A stretch of DNA of 64,000 bases from Geosiphon pyriformis uo1 (Eukaryota > Fungi > Glomeromycota). The notes beneath the pieces are model-generated. The model searched no databases, was not told the DNA's origin, and saw only the letters and a program-made list of their open reading frames with translations. Shown piece by piece: positions 54,161-64,000 of the stretch. Each line of letters starts with the position of its first letter. The stretch's first letter is position 1. The stretch lies in assembly GCA_016748015.1 (NCBI GenBank), contig JAAOMT010000094.1, positions 128,520-192,519 of the forward strand, given 5' to 3'. The translations under genes were made by a program, and so were the position numbers.

Positions 54161-55316
54161 TGTAGTCCTGACTGGCCCGAGTGGCTGGTCACGTGTAGAA
54201 AGCACATGATTCGCATCTAGTTTAAATCATGTGTATGATGTATAGCATTAGGTCGTGTTTGGACCTTACTCGTTAAAATAATAATAATAAAAAAAATATT
54301 TATGTCAATAACAAAATAAATATAAACTCATAATTTAAGTTTGATTAATATAAACAATAAATTTATTTTTAGATAAATATAGATTTTAAGTATTAAATTA
54401 CTAACTATAAAAACTATTTGGTAAAATAAAATTGAATTTGTTTTTAACTTAATTTGTTTGTTTTTTCTGTTTTTAATATTTTTTATATATATATAAATTT
54501 TTATAATATAAAATTCTTAAAATTTCTACAATTTTCTTAAATTATTGTTAAAATTCTTGATATTTTTGCCAGTTTTTTAGAATTTCTAACATTTTTAAAA
54601 TTTCTGGAATTTTTATTAATATTTTTAAAATTTTTAATATTACATGTTTTAATAATTTATATGATATTATTAATTATTTATATTATTTTTTGTTTTTTAT
54701 TTTCTTTTTGCTTTTACTTTATGAGTAATATTGGTTTAAGAAATAAAAAACTTATAACTTTTTTACTTTTTTTTTTAATTGTAATTAATTTAATTGTTTA
54801 GTTTTAACATATTTAAATAAAATAAAATTCAAAAATAAAAAATTTATTTAATAATAATAATAATTACAAATGGTTTTAACTTGAATTTCAAAAAATATTG
54901 TAATTAATTACAAAAGTTTTATTAAGTATTATATTTTTTTGTTTTAATTAAATTTAAAACTTCAAAATTTGATTTAATGTAAATTTATTGTAACTAAATT
55001 TTATTTTATTTAAAATAATAATAATAATAAATAAAATTTATTATGTTTGTTAAAACAAAATTTTTAAAATTACCATAATAAATTTGATAAGTACAAATAA
55101 TTTCAATAAATTTTATACATAAAAGTTTCAAGATTCACAAAAATTTTAAACTACGCCATTAAAAGATATGATTATGCGCCTTAATTTTTATCGAATGACA
55201 ATACTCTAAATAACATAAATGTTATTCGAATAATTAACCCTCGATCTTAAATTGAACAGATCATCCGAGCAGTCATCTGAGGAAATTGAACCTTTGATCC
55301 ATTTTGTAAAAATATG

Positions 55317-58300
55317 TTATGGCCGTTTCTTGCGTGTGATAACATCAACCTTTTCTAAAATTTCTTCAAACCCTATTGGCGTCCATTCTTTTCCTTCTTG
55401 AACGTACATGACGTCGTCTTTCATGTATAATAGCACACCACCAACTCCTTGTGACGTGCAACCAAAACGAAATAATGGTTTCCCAGAAATTTCATGAGTT
55501 TTGTTTGCCGACAATAAAAGATAATCATTTTCATGGGCGAATTCTTGCACAAGATCTTTAAATGAGATTGATTCAGAAATATCGTTGAATTCTGCTGATG
55601 TAATATCGGTCTCGTCAGGAGCAGGATTATATTGTAAAGGATGAGACAGCCTATTGAAAAAAATATTGAGAAAGGTAGTTGGAAAAATAACAAAATGGTT
55701 TCCATTCGAATCTTATACCTCGAAGATCCTTCTGCACCTAAAGTACTGCTCTCATTCATCATTTCCAATCCCTGTTTAAAGCAGGTTTTTATGGGTTCTG
55801 TAACAACCATTTCCGATGGGAAGCGCCCTTTCCACAACGAATACCTATCAAATTGTAAATATTAGAATTGCAAGTTAAACAAATAAAAATTGCCTAAATA
55901 ACCAATTTCTTTTTGAGCTCAGGGAGATTTTAACATACCATTGTACTACTTCATCGTAATTTGGATTATGTGTTAACCATGTGTGTAAAGTGTTAAACCA
56001 TTGGGGGAAAAATTCAGTTGCAAACAATTGATCAAAAATTAATGGATTAAACATTTCCCTCCAAGAAATAACCCAATTGAATGGAGCTGATATTGGAGGA
56101 TAAATAAAAGCTTCAGAATTATTATATACTTGGCAGTGTCAAAAGTGAATAAAATTACCTACCTAAGTTTTCTTTCTTCGGATTCAGGTTTAACTCTGTT
56201 CTTAAAGTTAAAGATAATTTTGGCAATATAGATTTCTTCAGTAACGACTGCATATCGGTTGGACGGAAAACCTTGAGCGAGAGAGAGGTGTTAGTTCATG
56301 TTAAAAATGGCATTTTCGGCTGCAATTCAAGAAAAAAAGTTGTAGCTCTTAATAAAAAATGGTTGCCACTCAGTTGCTGCACTTTTCCACGAGGGTACCA
56401 AAAAGTCGGTGTTATCTTTGCATATATATATTATACCAATCATACTAAATATTTAAAATATCCATACCTTTTTCCATGGATGCAGAATTGTAATAGCCCG
56501 TGCACTTGAAGGATGCCAAGCTTGAAGTTCAACGCTAAACTTTTGCCGTATGGTAATATAAAGGGGTTCCATCCGCTCATGCAAAATTGGTAACCAAGGA
56601 TGTAGCCATAGATGAATCATTCGATCATCTTTCTTGGGGTTCCAATTATCAATCTCATTACGTAATTTAGGCATAATGAGTTGTTCTAATATGTTATCGT
56701 AGATGAAAATGGGTAAAAGAGGGGGATTCCAATTCTCGAGAAGCGTGATGACTGGGTCAAAATTTCTAGTATCCCATGAATTGCTATATTGCAAAAAAAT
56801 AGGGGAATACAATGCTACATCAAAAATCTCTCTTGCTGGAATGATACTCTGGCTAGGAGCTTGCGTGAGCATTTAAAATCCTCCCGATAACATAGTTACC
56901 AGCGGCGAAACCAAAATCAAAATAAAAGATCTCAATCACTTACTTGATTGTGGATCTGATCTTAGGTAGCCATATGTTGTACATCATACTTTCGTATGGA
57001 GTCATAGAAGGACTAACAGTAAAATAATCGTTTAATCATTGACAAAATGAGTAACCTAAATACATCAAACGCTCCCTTCCACCATAAAATCATGTTCTTA
57101 CCTCATCTTAATTGGACCACTGAACCTGTTGCCATTGAAATCCGACTTGTTCTTATTACTGTTAGTCTTAAATAAAGGTCTCCATTTTTGAAATGTTGCC
57201 AATCCAAATGTGGGTGCTTTTAATGGGTCCCAATCAACCAAGATTTTTTTTATCTGAAGAAATCAAATTTTCATCATTGATTGTGCACTTGGAGAGATAA
57301 TTTATATGGTCTTAAAGTTGGAAGACTTACTATTGGTGTAATTACGGCTATTATAGCAGCATCCAAACCATACGAAGTGTATTCTTGCTGATATTCATTC
57401 TGGAGTTTCTCAAAAAGCCCCGTGAAGTTTTGTAAAGAGGGTTTGTCCTCAGACAAAACTGAGGTCAAAAGTATACCACATTCTCGCACGATACTCGATA
57501 TTTCAGATAGGCGTTTTATCCCTAGTGGAGATATCGCAAAAGATTTTATTAGTATGACATATCATAACTTGTAACTAGAGGAGATAACAACTTACTTTGA
57601 GATTCCTCAATCACTAGATTATTTACTCTGAATTCTTCATTCTCAAGTGCTTTTGTGCATTCCCGTTGTATTCGTTGCTCTCTTACAAAGTGCTCCAGGT
57701 CTGCTTTTGACATGTCTACAATTAATCGAAGGTTATGCCGTAATTCGAGAAGACGATTAGAAGAGTCTGGTATGGCGAGAGAATTCGTGATTTGACTAGC
57801 AGAGGAGATCTCGCGGACCTAAAATTTCAAAATTAGATATAATGTCAATCAAGCCAGGCAACCGTCTTCGAAATTCGATTACTGCATCTCGATCAACACA
57901 CGAACTTGAGGCCCCGTCATATCAATGATTTTCATAGGTTGCACTAAAGGATTCTCTCCAAATTCAGTAATTATTTCTTCGGCGGTCTTATATTCAACTT
58001 TGGGATGTTTTGGTTTTGCTGACTTTTTCCATGCTTCTTTTTTTTGTGAATTAACAATCTTGAATCGAGCTGTTTCTTCCACATCATCATTTGGACCTCC
58101 GCGTCTAAAAAAAAAATTTTCTGAATAGACAATTGTGATTAAAACAATTATATTAACTCAGTTTACCTTTTGTCTTCTTGTTGTTGAGATTTTTCTTTGA
58201 AACCACCGTAGGCCAAACCAAGTTTTCCTGGACGCTGTTTCGTCTCAATTGGTTTCAAAATCCCTTCTCCAGTAGTGCCAAGTCCTTCCCCCTTAAATAT

Positions 58301-59348
58301 TTTTAGAAAATTAAAATATATGATAATCCAATGGACTTGATAAAACAAAAGAGATTAACGAATCTGGTAAACTTACTACTCGATATCCCATCTTTTGCAT
58401 CAACTTGAGTCCAATACCCTTCGTATGTTGCTCAAATTTCCCGAATTCTTTGTCCACTACACGAGGGGATGACGCAGATGCCTCTTTCCCCTTTCTAGCA
58501 TGTTTAGTAGCAAATGAAGACTCTTTGGTCGAACTAAATTGAAAGTTCGGCATCTCTCCCATCATCATCGTGTTTTGGAACTGAGATGTATTTGATTTTG
58601 TTTTAATTGTGGATTTCACGTCTTGTGCAAAACTTGTATTAAATCCAACTCCAGAACCAACTTCTGCAACATTATTCGGCCCAAAACCAAGACCAGTGCC
58701 TAATCCAGGCCTTGTTTCATTTTCATACTTCATCCGTGACTCTTGATGTTTAATTTTAATTTGAGAAGTGCCACCAATCCCTAAGCCTCCTATCTGATAT
58801 CCAAGATCTTCTTCATCGTCAAAATCAGGAACAGGTCGGGGTCCTTCTTCGGATTCATCAGAACTACTTCGATAATCATCCTGGATTTCATCATTTTGTT
58901 GCTCATCATCATCCAACGGCAAATCTCGCTGAAAAGCCGAGCTTGAACTCACAAAATGAACATCCCTAGTAAATTAGATTTATCGTGTTATTTCTCAAGT
59001 GAATGCAATTTTTTATGATAAGTACACAGTTAAAACCACATGCCCACCTGAAAAAAGTTTATTGGTAAACTCATACCTGGGTTTTCTTATAAAACGTTCA
59101 TCCTCCTCGTCATTTTCAGCAAACACTCCCAAATAAGCATCTTCTTTAGTAAATTTGCGACGTTTGTACCCTTTGGCTGGATCAGAAGACAAGCATTCAC
59201 TTAATGACTAAGCTTTTAAATTGACTAATGAAGAATTATTCGAAATACCTTCGAATAATTCTTGTTCTTCTAAAAAATCTTGGTTAGTAATTCCGACCTT
59301 TTCGTCTTCTGAAGAATCTGAACCATCAAAAATTCGACGTCCAGCCAT
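55317..59348 (-). CDS. TFIP11: Tuftelin-interacting protein 11 / Spp382 (Ntr1) spliceosome disassembly factor, multi-exon
   Basis: ATG at 59348; TKEDAYLGVF (TIP_N), G-patch FEQHTKGIGLKLMQKMGY|GEGLG...PIETKQRPGKLGL, ELRHNLRLIVD, GCFC-domain IHLWLHPWLP and WHPSSARA, stop at 55319-55317. Not all exon boundaries were resolved. Confidence 0.92.
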
Positions 59349-59517
59349 GTTTTAGTAATAGAAGTTTTGCAAGAGTTTTAAAAAGTTAGTGGGAAATCTA
59401 ATGGAATTCACGGAAATTTTAACGATAAATAAAATATGTGATGCAGTTTTTAATTACATAACATAAATATCAAAATAGTTTAATTTAAATGTATAAATTA
59501 ATCTTAAAATAATAGGT

Positions 59518-60861
59518 TTACTTTGTTGCAAGTCTTTTAGGCAATCCCTCTAAGTTTAGTAGTCCATCGTTGTTTCCACTAACAAGTTTTGGACCTTCAC
59601 CAACTCGAGTATGTAAAATTTTCTTGACACTATCATTAGGAAATACTGGGATAACCTGCGAATTGAAACCGATTGGTAAATCTAATTTACCTAAACTTTC
59701 TCCCTGAGAAAATAAACTCGAATGATCATTAAAATACTCTTCACAATTTCCAGAACCCTGATTTGGAGGAAAATATCGGGCAATTAAATTAACTATTTCT
59801 CTAAGATTTTCTCTTGGAGCATATATCACGGCATTTGGTCCAGCATCAAAAGTATAAGCCGCTTTGAAAATTCCATTATTACTCTTATTCAGTTCAGTGA
59901 GCAATTGAATAATAGCCCGAGAGACATCATTGAGATAAAATATGGGAGGAAAGGTATCAAGACAAACAGCGTGAAATTGATTGGAATCTCGCATTGTAAT
60001 TTCAGCGAATGTCTGGAAATCACGTGCAAGAATTGCGTTTTCAATTTTGACCATTCGATTAGGTACTACATGAGTAATACGATGTTTAAGAAGTTCAGAT
60101 GAGTTCACGGTACTTTGCATTCCTTCAGTACTGCTGATCCCTTTTTTCGCATCACTGACAACACATATCAAAACCTCAAGATTAGGCCAATGGGTTTCTG
60201 GAACAATCTGTACAGCTTGACTATCTGATCCATCTTCCGCTTGGCCCATTTGCCAAGCTACAAATCCACCAAATAATGAACGGCAAGCCGAACCTGAACC
60301 TTGTCGAGCAACTCGCGAAAGAACTGTTGCAGAAATGGGAAGTTCAAAAAGTTGTGAAAGTGCGTATACTAGACATGCGAATCCAGAGGCCGAAGAAGCA
60401 AGACCAGCAGCCGTTGGGAAATTATTTTCAGAACATATATGAAGGTTGTATTCTGAAAGTGGGATGTAATCTTTTTGACCAGACTCTAAGAGAGATTTCT
60501 CGTGAATTTTGCGGAGGAAACGAGTTTCATGAAGGCAAGCTTGTAAACGCTTATTTTTTTCTAAATTAAACTCTTCAACACCATTTAACCATAGCCGTGT
60601 TGAAGGGAAGTTAGGGGAGGCTCGAATAGTGGTCTTACTTTGAAGTTGATCTTGCGAGAGTGTAACAGAAAGTGAAGAATTCGTGGGGAGGATTAGAGAA
60701 GTGTCCCGTTTTCCCCAGTATTTGATAACCTTCAATGATGGTTAAAAAACGAAAATTTATTCCCCTTGGATTGATAATATCAAATGTCTTAGATTTATTC
60801 ACTGACTTACAGCTATATTGACTGGAGCGGTCGTAGTCTTTTCTACATATGATGAAACCAT
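59518..60861 (-). CDS. MVD1: Diphosphomevalonate decarboxylase (~420 aa; exons 60861-60811 and 60729-59518)
   Basis: APVNIA|VIKYWGKRD, NNFPTAAGLASSASG, GSGSACRSLFGG, DSNQFHAVCLD, AYTFDAGPNAV; 81-bp GT-AG intron. Confidence 0.97.
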
Positions 60862-61451
60862 CTTTGATGGAACAGTATAGAAAATATTGTCCGGTTCCTG
60901 ATTCTATACATTCACAGTGTTAGTGACATCATATTTATATTTTGGGGTGTTGCACAAATTCTATGTCATTGTGACATTGATTGTAAAAGGCTTATGTAAT
61001 TGGTATCAGTTAGGGTGTTGGTGTGATTTATATAAATAGACGATGACATTTTAAATTTATTTCTGGTTTTATAAATTCGGCTGTTCACGATTTGCGGTGT
61101 TGAACTGCCTTTCTTTCTCTTTCCATTTTTCCAAAGTCTCTATTTCCAGGCCTCTCAAGCTATAATAATTTAACTCCAAGCGGCGTTTGTGAACCCAGAA
61201 ACACTGGAACTTTTTTAAGTGGTAGTTTTTGAAATTATTACAGAGGCTTTGAATTCTTTACTAGTCGCATAGGTAAAGCTTGTTACTCTATTTTCAACAT
61301 ACTATATCTGTATGCTTCTTGACATGCCTTACATTCTTTGGCATCATTTTAACACAAATTGCGTTTCACAAGTGTTGGGGACTTCTAGAAGTGTCAAACA
61401 CATTAATTAAAGTCACCAAAGTATTTAAAGGAAAATTTTAAATTTGTTAAC

Positions 61452-64000
61452 ATGTCTCCGGAATCTTCAGAGCAAGTAATTGAAGGTATTCAATCAAAAG
61501 TCTGAACAATAATTTTTACAGATTTCCATGTTAATCCAAATCAATCCTTATTCCAATATAGTCACTTTTTTATCCAATCGAAATTTCATCAAGGCCCTCG
61601 AGATGTATAAGACAGATTCAGGATTTTACGTGATTGACGTTTTGCCACTCCATCAAGCTAGCAAACGTCCTTTTCATCTTGAAAAAAGAATGGAATCCAA
61701 AAAGTCTGCAACTTATCCTTCGCAGAAGTTGTTATTACAAACTCCCAACGAAGCGCAAGCAAAACGCGAAGCGATTTTGGAAGCGAGGCGTCTCAAGTTG
61801 TCACGCCAATTCTTGCATGTTAAAGATGTTCTTAGCAAAAAGCATGAGCATGCTTTACATGATTCTTCTGCTAAACGATCCCAAATTCAAAGGACCTTGC
61901 AATCTGCTGAGCAAAAACGTAATACTATACTTCAGCATTTGGTTGAACAGTGTGCTCAGCAAGTAGCTCGATGCAAAGAAGTCGCTCGACAACAACAATT
62001 GAAAAATCAAGAAGCAATCGATCGTCGCCGTGCCGATATGGAACGTCGACAGAAAGCGACTGCTGCACGCCGTGCTAAACTTTTAAGTGTTTCAAAATCC
62101 CGTTTTTTGACGGTAATCATTCCTCCTACGCGTGAACAAGCTGCTATTATTATCCAAGGTGCTTGGCGTTATAAAAAATACTACAAAGCCGTTAGGAATT
62201 ACGTTAAGTTTGGCATTAATTTGTCTTCCACCAAGGCTTTCTCTTTCCGGGAAACTGTTGACCTGTTAAAACAACCAACAGCTATTCAAGCAGCTCTCAA
62301 ATTAATTCAACGTGTAAAAAAAGCTTCCCCCTTGACATCTGGTTCAAACAAGTATAAAAACATAGCTCGAGTTTTTCTAAGTGCATATATGATTGTATCC
62401 CATACACAGGAAATACTAGGGGATATTGGGGATTATGAAAAGGTAACCACCAAATTAATCCTTGTTCAAGACTTCTCGCTTCGAATTTTACTGAAATTTT
62501 ATTTTGACTAGGCTCTTTTGGATTCTGCAAACTCAATGCTTGTTGAATTCGAACAATTTATTGGTGATTTGATGTATAGTGTGCCTAATAAAGTTCGCTA
62601 TGGTCCCTTAATTAGGTTTCTTGATTGCTGGGATGTTTATTACAAAGACTTCCACGTTTGGAAATCCAAAGATTCAGAAGAACTTGTCAACAACCTGATA
62701 AGTCATTATGTAGGAATGGAAAAGCTATGGATTACCGTGAAAGTTCAGCCTGATGCCGAAATCGAGTGGAGGCCAAGTTTAGCTAAGCAACAAGAAGAGA
62801 TTCGAAGAAAAGTTAGACATTTAAGAGGCGATGAGGGGATGGCTAGGCTGGAATTTGCCTTGAGAAATCTGAGAGAAAGTATGCCACATCAGGATTCGGA
62901 TGAGCCGGCCAAATCGGACTCTGTTCAGGGAATTATCAATGATAAAGAAACTGTTGTTATTCCTCTAGCTGCCGATTCTAGCCATGAGTCATCTTTATCC
63001 GCGCCACTTCGCAGAGGTCATTCACCCACTAAAAATAATGCCTCAAAAAAATTACGTCCATCTGGTGCAACTCCTGCCCGGGATCAAATAAATAATTTCA
63101 AATCAAGCTCCGACTTGTCTCCCCATTCACAACCTCGGTTACCTAAACCTAAGGCTCAGCCCCCTCGCAAAAACGTAACTCAATTATCATCTGTTGATTC
63201 ATTGACTCAGCCAAATCAGAATATCACAGACTTGTCCTCAAAATTGACACGCTCACACAACAAGGGTGATGATTTTGGCTCCTTAAAGTCTTCAAAATTT
63301 TCAACCAGCAAGGTTTCGCTAGCCACTGTAGTGACGTCCGATATCTCCCCTATCAATCCAGGTTCAATTGAAACTTCTTTGTTACAAACATCATCGCTTC
63401 CTACTTATAACAATGATCTTCGGAGAATTATACAAAACTTTGGGCCAATTGGTGAATTTAGTTTAACAAACGAACAACTTGCCCATGAAATTATTATTGA
63501 CCCTGATTTTGAGCTCAAACCTCCCAAGAGAACAGGGTTTGTAGAAAGTGTCCAATCAATAGCTACAAAAGCCTTTTTTGATTGTAGAAGAGCCGAATTC
63601 GAGCAAGGAAATTATGAAAATTCTTTACCTCTTCTAGAAAAGATAAAACAGGTCAGTCGCTGAATATCTACCTAATATAATTTAAATGTTGAATATGTAT
63701 ATGTCTTAACTAATATTTTCTAATTTTCAGCATCTCATTGAACTTGTCCCACCATCCTCTGCACTATATACTTCTATTAATGAAATTTTAGATATTCCAT
63801 TAATTAAGCAACAAGCCAAAGCAGGGGTTTACAATATCAGCAACTGTATCGCCTTTATTACAAAAACCATGCTGCAGATCTGTGCCCCTGTACGTGATGA
63901 ACAAATTCAATCGCTCAAAGATATCACTGATCTTGCTGAGATCTTTCATCAATTGTTGGGAATCTTGGACTTGATGAGGTTGGACCTCTCTAATTATAGA
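61452..64000 (+). CDS. T-complex protein 11 (TCP11/Sok1) family protein with an IQ-like motif, 3'-incomplete
   Basis: Exons 61452-61485, 61562-62442, 62512-63651 and 63731->64000 join in frame. AAIIIQGAWR (IQ-like), RVFLSAYMI, NEQLAHEIIIDPDF, CAPVRDEQI, LDLMRLDLSNY. Confidence 0.88.

Larger units (their letters stand above)
47523..54296 (+). mobile_element. Young full-length LINE (ORF1 + APE-RT-RNase H-Zn knuckle ORF2), lightly mutated, TSD TATTTATGT
   Basis: GC much higher than the flanks. (TAA)n/A tail at 54274-54296. TATTTATGT at 47514-47522 and 54297-54305. Confidence 0.93.

Noticed and set aside
48153-54216. Antisense and alternate-frame ORFs over the young LINE (e.g. 50945-51439, 53668-54216)
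   Set aside because: Shadow ORFs of a GC-richer coding region with no independent motifs.
55421-62536. Small ORFs overlapping TFIP11, MVD1 and the TCP11 gene
   Set aside because: They are exon pieces running into introns, or antisense shadows.

Overview
Eukaryotic (fungal) DNA with short GT-AG introns and very low GC. The gene and TE content (class-3 lipase family, HRxLHSGNIL kinase family, dUTPase-carrying Ty3/Gypsy elements, RNase H-carrying LINEs) looks like Glomeromycotina, resembling Geosiphon pyriformis; this assignment is inference. The window has three zones. (1) 1-9.5 kb is accessory: an intact 4-exon secreted lipase-3-like gene whose nucleophile Ser is Gly, a decayed tandem paralogue with the same Gly, a ~235-bp hairpin between them, and a kinase pseudogene. 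(2) ~9.6-55 kb is a nested TE island. It holds two Gypsy elements (gag-PR-Cys-rich domain-dUTPase-RT-RH-IN), two solo LTRs with 4-bp TSDs, two old minus-strand LINEs and one young full-length LINE with a 9-bp TSD. One old LINE can be rebuilt to full length from four pieces. The repeats show a graded, almost purely C>T/G>A and largely non-CpG mutational drift to AT, which is RIP-like. (3) 55.3-64 kb is a compact block of conserved genes: TFIP11/SPP382, MVD1 and a TCP11/SOK1-family gene running off the end. All alignments and counts were done by eye.
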